Positions 24,806 to 37,537 of a stretch of DNA of 64,000 nt are shown here, in pieces (position 1 is the first letter of the stretch; the number at the start of each line of letters is the position of its first letter). The stretch comes from Marsupella aquatica (lineage: Eukaryota; Plantae; Marchantiophyta). The DNA lies in contig OZ316895.1 in NCBI GenBank assembly GCA_973895155.1, positions 21,464,558 to 21,528,557 of the forward strand. Direction: 5' to 3'. The translations under genes and the position numbers were made by a program. The notes under the pieces were generated by a model. That model worked only from the letters and a program-made list of their open reading frames with translations. It ran no database searches and was not told the origin of the DNA.

Positions 24806-24878
24806 TGGAGATGCGGGGTATCGATCCCCGTACCTCTCGCATGCTAAGCGAGCGCTCTACCATCTGAGCTACATCCCC
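24806..24878 (-). tRNA. tRNA-Ala (anticodon AGC)
   Basis: GGGGATGTAGCTCAGATGGTAGAGCGCTCGCTTAGCATGCGAGAGGTACGGGGATCGATACCCCGCATCTCCA, a 73-nt cloverleaf. A TTTT Pol III terminator-like run follows 6 nt downstream (24796-24799). Confidence 0.98.
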
Positions 24879-25667
24879 ATATGATACACAATTGTAATAA
24901 TTTATCAAGTTTAAAATTTCTTTAGATTATAATCGTTTAATGTTGCTACTTAATATATATAATGAATGCAAAAAGCAATGCCAGAGAAAAAAAATCGCCA
25001 TACCGGGAAACAGGATCCTAATTTCAAGAACCCCAATTAAGGGTGGAAAACAATGGAAAATACTGGGAGCACGGATGAGCCAAAAAGCCCAAGAGCCAAA
25101 GAGCCTGAGAGTGTCGATACTTAATTGTATGGACAATACAGTACTTATGTAGATAGTCCACGCGTTACCCTTCAACTTTTTAATTATACAATAGGGAGTC
25201 TTAAAGACTCATCCTTTACAGTAACTGATGGTCATGGCATATAATCATCCTTTATGGCAAAAAGGATTTGATAGCCTTAACCTTAATCTAGTAAGTAAGG
25301 TACATCAAGTTTTGAGGTTTGAGACCCCTAATATACACACCTACAGCAAAGTGACTTTTGTGGCTGGTCCTCCTTTTTATTTTGTATATATACTTCTGCA
25401 TCCCAGCAACCTTTGTGGTTGGTATGGTGATATGATTTGCTTTTTGGAGTTTCTTTCTTCTGGTTTGGGGCTTTTAGAGCTCATTTGAATGCATCTTTGA
25501 ATTTTTTTTCGCTCACTACCTACCATATATGGAATAGGTTATTGGTACACTATATCTTAAGAGACTGGTTTGGGCCATAACTCATCCAAACCATTGAGCT
25601 TTGATGGGACCCAAAATCTTTAAGAGTTTTTGAAGGCACAAGTTTAGTAAAACAGAGAGGTGATCTG

Positions 25668-25779
25668 GGAATGACTTATTGCCTACATTAACCAAATGAG
25701 AAATTACTAGCCACTGAACTCATCAGTCTAATCAGGCTAGTAATTTCTCATTTGGTTAATGTAGGCAATAAGTCATTCC
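25668..25779. repeat. Perfect 45-bp inverted repeat with 22-nt loop (hairpin-RNA candidate)
   Basis: 25668-25712 is the exact reverse complement of 25735-25779. Confidence 0.9.
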
Positions 25780-26699
25780 AAGAAGAAAGAACCCAGATTA
25801 GCACTACAAGAAGTGAGACCAGTGGAATATCAATACTGAATGTTTAAATAATTTTCTAATATTTTTTTGTTGCTATATTTATACACTGCTGCATTTATGA
25901 TTCCATCTAAATCTGGGCTGGACAACATTAGATGCTATAGAGCACTATTTTCCTGACCTAAAATATCTAATAATAAGACCCAGGATGTAAAATAATGCAA
26001 GGAGTATTGCTTACAACTTTTACAAAATATTCTTCCTGTACATCTGATATGTTTTTTTTTGTCTTAGTTTGTCATTCCATGTAGGTTGTGCAAGAATATT
26101 GATTTTGTTGAAAACCAAATTGGGCCCTCCCTTTTGACAAGGGCTAGATTGGATTCATGTGAGCAGAATGTAGAATGAATGAGAATTACATGTAGATCTC
26201 CCAAACTCATGTGAAGGCCCCTCCAAATCAATTTGATCAGGAGACTGCATTCACCCATGAAGCAATTCAATGACCTGGACCTTACTTAGAGCACCTCCAC
26301 TTGTGGGCTGAGATAATCCATTGTATCTACTGCCAAAAATAGGACTAATATAGCCTACAAAAGCTGCCCTCCACCTGTGGTATTGTAGATCAAGTCTACC
26401 TTGTATCAACATTATTAGGGCATCTCAAACCTGAACCGCACAAAGACCCCGGGGCCCAAAAGTATGAGACTTCGGTCACAAGTGGTAAACCAAGCTTTTG
26501 CGAGTCTGCCACTGTACTTCCGGAAATCCTGAGTGACCGGACCCAAAACTGAGAGGTTTGAAAAGAATCAGATCTGTGAAATTATTACTGACATGTGTAA
26601 TCCTCAACCTAAATGTAATCTTGTGTGGCACAATCACCAGATATAAATATATGACTGTGACCATAGAGGCTACAATACAGTCCTCAGGAGGGTATGTTC

Positions 26700-29178
26700 T
26701 TAGCCATTGTAATTGTAAGAACACTCGATGGGTGGAGGGGTGTATCTGGCAGGGTCCTTGCAATAATTGTAAGTTGAATAGGCCTGAGTGATATACGTGA
26801 GAGTGGTAATCTGGTTGGAGGTCAGGTTGGTGTAAGCAGGGCCCTCCCACCAATTGTTCTGGTAGTTGCTTGAGCACTGTGGCACGGTCACCCCGTCATT
26901 GACGCAAGCGTCCAGCTGAAAGGAATTCAATGTCACCACGAAAGGAGCATAGGTGTAGTTCACTGGGATCGGAGCACCTGAAGGATCCTGAGTAGCCCAG
27001 CCGCTTCCATCGAAGATGGTGCCAAATGCTTGCGCCTGCTGCGAGCTGGGATAAGCTTGACCGATGCTTTCAAGATTCTTGAAGACCCGGATGGGCATTT
27101 GGTCCACCAGCCAGCTGAACAGATCCACAGCACATTTCAACTTCACTGTCATTCCAACTCTTCGTCGTTCAAACGATCTTATTCCATGAATGCTAAACTA
27201 ATTCGATTGATGACCAAACAGACTACAGAGCCTTCTCTTCAATCCAGCTTCTGTTCCGTGATATTAGTTTTTTCAACAAGGATCAAGACGGAAGATTACA
27301 AAAATATATACGAGGGCTACGTTCGTAAAATGTACTACTCCATATTCTGAACTGTATAATGAACTCGATCTAGATCTCACATTCACTTCAGAACCTTTAA
27401 CACCTTCAATCCTGAATGTATTGTAAGCCCGAGACACTCAACAACGTGACGAAGGGTATGTTTGTGGATTGAGAAAGTTGATCGAAGGGCACTTGGGTCG
27501 TTTCAGGAAATTAAACAAGTCAGTGAGGGACATGTATTTTCTGAATTTAGAAACTTGAATGGCAGTTGGGCCATCTCAGGAACATGGGTGGAGTTCTAAG
27601 ATTTTCAGGAAAAGAAAACTTCTATCCCATTGTAAGTCAGCCAGAGCACGTGACTCGAATCAATATGGAAAGCTCCTCCAAAATAGAGATAATCATGCGG
27701 ATCTTTAGAGGATAGTCATTATCATGGGCAAGAATCGTTACGTGGAGGTCCTCAAACTAAGAAAGTCACTGGTCTGGAGAACAGGAGACTGCTCGATGTA
27801 CATGCAAGCACAGTATTGCAACAGACCCTTTGAGTCAGCTGGAATGGACAGGAAACTAACTTACATAATTTGAGCGTGGTTCCAGATGACTTGATAGGTG
27901 TGGAAATCAGCAGTGGGGTCGAACCAGAGCGAAAACTTCTGCTCCCTCCCTCCTGTGCCATTGGCAAACATATTCGTCTGCAAAATGTTTTGGCCATCGA
28001 CAGTGCCAAGAAACTCGAAGTCGAGCTCATCGTGAGTGGGGCCACTGGACGACACCTGACAATTCACATCGATAAATTAAAGTTTTGGATCATCAAATTC
28101 AGCAAGTTCCTGATCAAATATGGTGGTCAAGCTCGGAGGTGAGAGCATTTCAGCATTAATTCTCCTGCCAATGATATTGCCACAAAAGTAATTTGATAAA
28201 TTATTTTGATAACCTTGCAATACTGAGGTCACGCGAATCTATTTTCCCAGAGTAGAAAACTTACATAGAAGGCAGCCACGACCCCAGCCGAGTAGTTGGA
28301 GACGAGTTTCGCGTTGATGCCAAAATACCCATAAGTATAATAGCCTTTGGACTGAAATCCAGCACCTGTATATATGCAGATGCTCCAATTCCCATGTTGT
28401 CAGGGTTTTCATTCCGCCTGCAGGCTCTTCTGCTGCAGCATACTTCCGTGGGCTGTATGATCGAATCGACGGACCGAATCGTTGTATTTGAATTTGATCA
28501 TCTAATTCTGGGTTGTATTTCAATTTAACACTATGGTCTTTTGTTCCTGGGAAGACCTATATGGTTGTAGATTATAGCACTTTCTAAAGACCTACAAAAT
28601 GTTGAATGAGCTTAAAGCCAAGATATGACAACACTACCAACATTTCAACTCGCATTTCAAGCTCAAATTTGCTCCAGGTCGACGACGGCAGCCGATCAAT
28701 AGATTTTTATCTTGTACGTCACTCAGTGTGGTGGTGGTGCTATATTTGTCTGCATTTTAGGCTGGATTTGTCTAAAGTTAGCAGTCCAGACACACTTTTT
28801 GACAAAACCGAATTTAGAAAACTCGAATTTAAGACCAGCGTGTTATTCTTGGGGAAGATGGCAGCCAAATGATAAGCTACCTGGCTAAAGTTGTAAACAA
28901 TGAGCTCCTTTGCCACAGTCACAAGTGAGGAAACGGCGAAGGAAATTAGTGGGGAAGTCGGCATTACCTGACTGAGTGTCCAGATAGAGCTGCACCTGAG
29001 TCCCATTGTTGAGGAGAATTATGTGATCATCGGACCACTGTGTTTCATAAATATCTTGATAGTTGTAATTTGTCGAATTCTGTGCAATCGTCGTTCGGAT
29101 GAAGATTTGTGTACAACAGCACAGCAACAGCAAAACCACCGACATGTTGGTCCGAATGGTCCCCATACTCACAGTCAT
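26700..29178 (-). CDS. XTH: Xyloglucan endotransglucosylase/hydrolase (GH16), 4 exons, ~305 aa
   Basis: Exons 29178-28968, 28365-28265 (101 bp, typical of XTH), 28055-27865 and 27114-26700. Signal peptide, catalytic [10 protein letters not shown], and C-terminal [14 protein letters not shown]. The start could instead be a downstream ATG (29166 or 29145). Confidence 0.93.
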
Positions 29179-32100
29179 AGGCTGCACCCTGGCTGCTTCA
29201 ATTCGAACCTTGCCTGTGCTAAGCCGTCCGACTGAAAACTGTAAGGATGGATCGCTGCACCGTACCACTGCTTACTGTGCTATTTCGTAGCTTTATTGCG
29301 AGTTCTGATGCCCGCCCATTCATAATTAAGCTGCTGCTCTCCCCGAGCTCTACCACAAACGGACAAAAGTTAACGTAGGACCTCTCCCTCCGCCAGCAGC
29401 AAGCTAGCTGCATATTGCACCGCTGACATAGTAAGCCGAGTTGAGTGAGTCTGGGGGACAACGACATCAACACTTGTTTGTCTTTCATTTTGATCATAAC
29501 GATGTACCTATGGCGGAATTTGCTCCACGGATATATGGAACCGACAAGGTAGCCGGCCCAATATAGGTAGGTGTCGTAATCGGACACCGTGAACTGGTCC
29601 TCGCCAATCTTTCTGACTGAGCCTGGGATAAAACTTAATTTGTTCTGGTCGTCAATCAGCCATGCAAGGGATTCAGAACTATTTGGGGTCCCACTTCTGG
29701 ACGTATATGCGCTGGACAGTGCCTAACGTAACTTACAGAGAATGATGCTGCTCACTCTGCCACTTTCGTTCCTATACTTTCCAGGCTGGAATCCAAGAGT
29801 ACTAGATACAATTGCATTGCAGAAAATTCGGTGTCACGTAAATGAGTTTCCAGCAGTTCACGAAATATTTGTGCAGAGTAGCCTTGACGTTGAGAAGTTC
29901 AGATAATAGAGGAACCGTTGCTCCACTGTCAGTCCTGTATAATCAGTCTACGCCAAAAAAATTCCATCGCTCTTGGTCTTTTTGGGTTTAAATATTCGTC
30001 ACCTTGGAGGAATCGTCTAGGAGAACGAAGCAAGTTCGAATTGAAGGAACGATCTCAAATCCATGGTTTATGTTATCCGAGCAGACAAGATCGAGCCAAA
30101 TTTCAAGTAGGTAAATATAGAGCGCTTCGTTGTAGCTGTCGATTGATATGAAGATCTTTCTTATCTATGTACACGGCCAAGATCGACAGCTATACATATA
30201 GGAGGCTTCAAGCCAACATTGTGGTCACGCGTCAATTCTGGCCTCTGGTGCCCAGACAGATCGGGGCTAGCTGTGCAAGGGGAGGAGCAGAAGTATGGGC
30301 CTTGATTGCTTTGTGATGATTCTTTTTGTCGTCAATTTTTCTTTCATTGCTATGCTGAATTGTGCTTCACGAAACTTAAGATTTGAAAACCCTTCAGTTG
30401 CGTGAACTGGACCGTGCCCAGACAGCTCGGGGCTAGCTGTAGAAGGGGAGGAGCAGAAGTATGAGGCCAGCAAGTATTCGCCGCATCTGAAACGAGAGAC
30501 CCACCACTCTTCTATAGCTAGGAAGAAGTCGCAACTCCCTGTACAGGCAATTGAGAGGGAAGAGGCGATGGAAGGTCAACCACGAGGAGATCCTTTTACC
30601 TCCAAAGCATAATTCCCACAGATGCATACGGAGCCAGACTCGATCAATCGCTCTGTACACATCATTGCAATTTATGTGACTGACACGTTGCAACTCAATT
30701 TGGCCGCAACGGACAACTTCGAGAGGAGCTAGGACTTTTCGCGCTAGCTTGTTCAAATGAACTGTGTCAAAACTCGGAGTTGGTCTGCTGCAAGAGCCAG
30801 ATGGCCTGCCTGTTTTGATTCTCGAATATCCAACCCAAGCTCCTCAGAAGCGGTCCTCCATATCTTTCTCTGTATCTGTAAACTTTCAAGACAGCATTAC
30901 AGAAGTTCACGGAATTTTGTCTTATAGAAATTAGTGTTTCTTTTCCACACTCGCATATGCAACCACGTAACTTGGAAGTTGGGAAACGACATTTCCTGGA
31001 TATTTTGTTTCTCTTCCTACACTATCCCAACGTTTGACGCCTCGAGGCATTTCAGCGACTGGTCGTCCAGAGAAAATCAATCAACATCGAGGATGACCTG
31101 ATATAATTATCCAGACTGCTAGTTAACCCGTGTATGCCGTCGATCCCAGTGGACCGATCCATGAGCAGACCTTGAAGAAGAGGATCAACCGTTCCTTTCA
31201 CCTAGCTGCCGTTACATGAAAATGGCAATAATTGGAGATTCACTGCTCACAAAGGGCACCAACAGCTTTTGAGAGCATGCATCAGTAGCGAATTACTGTA
31301 GATCTGTGTGAGAAGTTAGCTTTGTCCTTGACTTCTGAGAAACAATCTCGAGAGCAGCACGGTCTGTACGTGTTGACCATGATTTCCTAACCTGTGTTTT
31401 AAATGCGTGATCAATGAATACCTGAGAAATCAACCTAACAGCGAAACACAGATGATCAACTGAACTCTTCTTTCCTTCGAGACTGTACTCTAAGTTATCG
31501 TTGTAAGGAATGTGACGGATTATAAGAAGTCAGAGACTGGGGACGACTCATTCGCGAGGATGGGAAGTCGATGCTTTTCTCTGTGCCATTGTGATCAAAA
31601 TCTGGTAATTCTCGGGACACAGCTCGATGATCGCATGGGCTCATAATTGTCATGGAGCTTTCGAAGCCAGGCTTAGAAGTGGACAAGATCTCGTTCAGTC
31701 TGTCAAATTCTTCCCAACAGTACTAGACTTGAAGCCTTGCGATTATGGAAACTTTGACAGAACGGATTTTCATATAGAATGCTTTCATAAAGCCATTGGA
31801 GTCGGGTGAATTGACTGTCACGCCAACCCAAATGAAATTCGATCGAGTCAATCTACTGTAGACCGTAAGCAAGAAGAAAAACGTTACTTTGACAAAATGT
31901 GCATGGAATAACCATAAGCTGGTTATTACACGACGTGCCACTACGAACGTGTCACTCTCAGCTCCAGTGCTTATAATCATAATTGAGCTTGAAGCTATTA
32001 CATGTAAAGTGTAAGCCAGGCTTAATTTATCTTTTATTACTTGGTGTTCATGTCAACATTATTACAATGAATCCAATCTTTCTTTCGCAGTTGGTGAATA

Positions 32101-35100
32101 AGGTGGTTGGGAATAACCTACATACTATTTGTTTCTCATGATCTGTTGACAAAATGTCATTAGGCCTTCCCGACATTTTGATCATGGTGACATTTTTAGC
32201 TAACCATGGGATGGACCTAAAGGTGCAACTCTACCACATGTGCCTTTTTTCTGTGACAAACCTGTCACTCTCTCACAACTCTCACACTCCTTGAAATCCA
32301 TTTGCTAGGCCATCTTGTAATGGGCAGGCCCTGGGCCCACAGATCCTCCTAGGGCAACAAAGTTCATCCAGGCCCAACAATCCTCCTGGCCCAACGTTTG
32401 TGGTTTCTATATAGGGATTTACTGCCAATGAATTACACATTTGGTAGAACTTTGTAGACAACTTTTGGGAGAAGCAATGTGCACAATGGGGCAGGCTTGT
32501 GCGGACATGGATGTGACTCGGTGGAGGGAAGCGGCAGCCATAGGTGGGAGGGGTAGCAACAAACCTTCTGCAGTAGAAAAACCACCTGACTATTGCCACA
32601 ATCAAGACTTGACCAATTTTACGAAGGGTAAAGATTTAAGCAAGTTCTTGAAATTGTGACATCTTATTTTTAGAAAAAATAAAATTAAGGGGAAATCTGT
32701 GAAAACCCCACAAAAAGGGAAAGTCACAGACCTATGAGTCACTACTCAAGTGAGCACCACAGATACATGCCTCTCTAGGCTCAAAACTGTGATCTCAAAG
32801 TTAAGCGCAAGTAATTACAAACAAATAGATTAGCAATGAATCATTTGATGTTGTGAGAATGTGAGAGACAAGACAACTTAAATTAGGCAGCATAAGACAG
32901 TAGCAATCAAAGCCTCTAAAAAGTATATACCTCCACCAAAATGCACTTTGGCAATGTTAAGTGCTCTCTCAGTTTTGATAAAGACTGGTTAGCTGTTGAC
33001 TGGTTCTATTCATTTAGCAAGATGAGTTTTTGGAAAGTCATTTATGGCTTTTGGATTGTCTTTTGCCCATCCACGCCGTCCGCTGCTCGCAAAACTCAGG
33101 ACATTGATTCTCTGAGTGTCACAATCTTTGTTTGAAACCCCACTTTTGAGTGGAGTTGATGTGAAAAGCGCACTGTCTGATTGACTACCGTCTCACTATG
33201 TTCAACAACACTTGTGCTCAACATCTCTTTGCTCATCTGCTTGTCCCTGTGCAGTTTTCTCTTAAAAAACTGGAAACAACTTCCACTTTTCAAAACACAC
33301 TTTCAAAACAACTTCTTCCCAACTTTCTTTCTAGTGGTGCAAACTTGCCAGATTCCACCTCTCAAAAATGTCTTTCACATGTTTGGTGAAAATTGGTTAG
33401 GTTTCTTGTTTACCATTAGCCAGTTTCCCACCTAGGCAGAGACCTGATAAGCGAGAATCTCACTTATCCATCAATCTATGGAAATCTGAAGGTCAGAAAT
33501 TAATCTATGTGAATTAGATGAGGAACATTCTTAGCATCTTCTCCTTCATGCAAGGTGACATTAGCCACGCTGAAAGGAAAAAGGGGAGTTACCATATTGT
33601 CTTCACTTAGGAACTTGCAGTTCGCGCAATCGCCGTCATTACAGTTCCCCCAACAATGTAGTTTGTCATTCAGCATGATTTGACTCTAAACTTTATACTA
33701 GCTTTTACTGGTGATAATATCAGGCTAAAAGTTCTTACAGGAACTTTACAAGATCTAACACGAAAAGTGTTCAAAAGTGACTAGTTTGTAACAAAAGTTT
33801 CAAAAGTGCATTATTTTGTTTTTAGAAGGGTCCATCAAGCATATACCTCCACTAAACCTCACACATGTTTGGAGACATCTCCGTGTGGTGTCCAATCCAA
33901 CCAATTCAAGATCTTAAATAATACGAGTTGACCCAGGCTGTGGGCACTTTCTGGTTCATAAATGCAATGCACACGACTTAAAGGCTGAACCAACCATGCT
34001 TAAACCCCATGACCGTAGTGCATGGAGTTCAATTCAAGCTCGCAGACTGGTACACTTTAATCTACAAAGAACCATCGATCCTTCGATCCTTCTAGCAGTG
34101 TTTTCCTTTTCATGAAAGAGTATTCGATTTCTTTTGAGCAAGAGACGTTTTGATTATGTTGTAGGACTCGAGTGATGGAGTTTGGTCGAGCAGTGCTCGA
34201 AATCAAGCGTCACGTTTTTATCAAGCAGCGACTGATCTCCTAGTTGGCTTTCGATAAGTTCCGAATTGTGGGGAATGCCAGCCAACTGGGCCCCGGGACA
34301 TTGAGCATACCAGCCAGGTACCTAGTTTCTGTTTCAATGCAAAGTTTCTTGATGTGCTGTGCATGCGAGAGAGAAAACATTTTGTGTCACAATGTCAGCG
34401 AGAGCCTGCTAGCTTCACAACCTCACTTAGTTACCAACGGCATTAGTTATGTGCTAGCCTAGCCAGCCAGCTTCAGGTACTGTAACTGTTCAAGAGAAGC
34501 AATTTAGGATGAAACAGAAGGTTAGCTCACCCAGGCTTAGATTCTGAAATACACAATCGAACAGGAGGATTTGAGCAAACGAAGGACACGATTGCACATT
34601 TCAAGAATGCCTTGCTTTCTTGAAGTGTGCCACTCTTTGATTTCTGGCTTTCTCCAATTCTCCCCATGCATTGCTAGAGCTGATGATGTATTGTACCTAG
34701 CTACAGAATGGTTTTCCAACCCCAGTTCTTTCCAGATGCTGCTGTCTTTATAACGGTCAGAGCCTCAGTGGTATCTTGCAAGATCATAACGATGACTACA
34801 CCAGCCTCCTGTGAATGCATTCGCTTGCAATTAAGGTGACCATCTGTTTGGCTTGCTTCCAGATCTTAATCGGAAGTGTGGATGTCACTGCCTTACCTTG
34901 AGATCCGATGGGGTAACTGGATAAACAGATGCATTTTTCAGTCGAGAGATTAGAGGCTTGGAGAGATGTACGTCGAGGTTGGAGAAAAGTTCGTTTAATG
35001 GGAGCTGAAAATGCGGGCCAGCTTTGATGATTGACGGGTCGATGAAATCCACGACGGCAGTGGCCAACTGCTCGGTCCAATCGATGGCAGCTCGAGGTAT

Positions 35101-35143
35101 CGCGTACAACATCAAAATGCGGGCCAAGTGCTAGGTCCAATCG

Positions 35144-36229
35144 ATGGCAGCTCGACATAAACACCGTTGGAATCACTTGATCTCTCTCAACACGGTCATA
35201 CGAGTGGCCGTGTGCTTACTAATAGCCTTGGGCCTTCTTCTCTACATCTCCATCTTCATCAGCCCTGCCGTGCTTCACAAGGTGCTGCTGGCTGTGGACC
35301 TTTGCAACGAGAACGTGCACCACTCACAAGCTGCCACCACTGCTTCAAATATCATGTTTTCCACGCCCAAGTTCCGAAATGCTGTGGATGCTCCACATTC
35401 AGACCTGGAAATGAAGGATTTGCATGATGCCAGGGTTGAATCTGAGGAATTACCAGAACTCATGGACGCAGACTCACACCATGGTACTGACCGTCATCCT
35501 AAAAGGTTTACAATCCTGATTGGAGTGCTGACGATGGCCTCCAAGTTTGATCGGCGTAACCTCCTCCGATTGGCCTATGCTGTGCAATCGTCCCCGGATG
35601 CTCATATTTCAGTCCGTTTCGTCATTGGTGGATTTGAAAAAGAAGGGGTTCAGGAGACTCTCGTTGGGATGGAGAACGCCACCTACGGAGATATAATCGT
35701 CTTGAATTGCACCGAGAATCTAAACGAGGGCAAGACATTCACCTTCTTCTCAAGCTTGCCGGACAGGGGAGTGGAGTATGATTATGTCATGAAGACCGAC
35801 GATGATTCATACATCCGGTTTGAGAATTTGGGGACATCTCTCAAGCCCTTGTCGAGGACGGACCTCTACTATGGGTACATTTTGCCCTGTGACAACGAGG
35901 ATCCCTACTCCTGGTACATGGCCGGCATGGGGTACTTGATTTCTTGGGATTTGGTGCTATGGATAAAGGATTCGCCTGTACCCAGGAACAAGAGTGTGGG
36001 CACGGAGGACGAGCTGGTTGGGGAGTGGTTCAACGAAGGTGGTGTGGCGAAGAACCGGGTGAACGAGAAGCCCCTCATCTATGACCATCCGGAATTTGGG
36101 GGAAATTGTGCTCATGAGCTCGTCCTTGGGACTATCCTTGTGCACCAGGTGAAGACCCCAGAGCGATGGGCGAATGTACTGAGCTTCTTCGAAAAGGATC
36201 GCATCTCTCGTGCCCTCTCCCTCTCGTAA
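35144..36229 (+). CDS. GT31 beta-1,3-galactosyltransferase family protein (type II membrane, intronless)
   Basis: 361-aa ORF with an N-terminal TM helix and motifs RRNLLR, ENLNEGKTFTFF, YDYVMKTDDD, YMAGMGYLISWD, GTEDELVG and LVHQVK. Confidence 0.93.
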   Translation: MAARHKHRWNHLISLNTVIRVAVCLLIALGLLLYISIFISPAVLHKVLLAVDLCNENVHHSQAATTASNIMFSTPKFRNAVDAPHSDLEMKDLHDARVESEELPELMDADSHHGTDRHPKRFTILIGVLTMASKFDRRNLLRLAYAVQSSPDAHISVRFVIGGFEKEGVQETLVGMENATYGDIIVLNCTENLNEGKTFTFFSSLPDRGVEYDYVMKTDDDSYIRFENLGTSLKPLSRTDLYYGYILPCDNEDPYSWYMAGMGYLISWDLVLWIKDSPVPRNKSVGTEDELVGEWFNEGGVAKNRVNEKPLIYDHPEFGGNCAHELVLGTILVHQVKTPERWANVLSFFEKDRISRALSLS

Positions 36230-37537
36230 TTAGTAGAAGAGATGGCCACAATGAAAATTTCCGCCACCAATGACATTTTTGGCAACGGGAAAGGAGAACT
36301 ACATACTGATACACATTCTTCGGCTGCCACCAATCTCTTAAGCTGCGGTTGTTGTCCATCGCTTCCTTGGAGTGGGTTGCGACATGATGCAGAATGAGGT
36401 TCAGAGCTCTCTGATTGAATTGGCTGGTTTGATTTTCCCACGATCATCAAGATTGAACTAGTTTGACAGGACTGGAGGGAAAAAACGCTCGTAACAGTGC
36501 ACAGACTCGAAACGCCAGAGCTAGGAACCCATTCAGGTTGCGAAGGCGTGTGTATTCACCTAAATGCGTACTTGTCCGGTGATTACGAGTGCTTCTTTAT
36601 CGACAGATTAGGTTGGCATGAGAAAAACCTCATGAGTCAAAATTATTTGAAGTAAATGATCATCTGGACTTGACGTGCTGTACCCCTAACCATCGGTGAT
36701 TTGGACATCGTTGCATTGGAATTGAGTTCACATCGTCATCACCCTGTGCTTCGTTGAGTTGATTTGGTAGCTATGCGCCTTGGATTTGCTTGCTGTCGTT
36801 AGTGCAATCTGTTCAACGAGCCATGTAAAATGCATGGTAACATCTAAACCTGCAGCTACAATTCCCACGCTGGATTTTGTGACTTTAAGCAAACTGTTCT
36901 GTGAAGTGTGCGAGGCTGCCTGGCGAGTAACATCCCAAAAGGCACAAGGATGTCTTCTCCCCACCTCTACTTTGAATGAAAAGGATGATTATTCTACTTT
37001 TGCGCCAAATTCATGGTTAATGTATCAAGTACGGACTCTTAACGAAGCCAATTGAGCACTGAACATGCAAGAGGAAACGAGGCACGCAGAACAATACGAG
37101 GAGAGTAATAGCTCTGATACTAAATTATCATTAATAGGTGTCTCACATGTTCCATCGATGTCCATTCACTAACTTTCAAAGAAGAAAAATGACAATCCTC
37201 TAAAGCTTTTCAATCATAAATCTCCTACGCATTTGTATGACTCGTGTCCACCAGGGAAAACTGGAAGTACTGTTTTTTATGAACTAATGAAAGTCACAAC
37301 CTGGCCTGTAAAATGGAATCTCGTAGGCTCTCATGCAAGGAGCTGTCACATGCCCCGCTTCTGAGAGAGTAAGCGCACCAAGAATCAGCCTTCCAGTTCA
37401 AATCATAGAATGTGATCTTCTTGCTCGCCTGTCTCATGTTCCCTGACCTCCTGGTCTACCTGCCAATCTTGCAGATTGATCAATTTTGTACATTGCTTAT
37501 CCAATCCCGTTGGCTCACGTGAATTCGTTCATTTTAT

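Noticed and set aside
30251-30469. 50-bp direct repeats as LTRs of a TRIM
   Set aside because: No TG...CA ends, PBS, polypurine tract or TSD.
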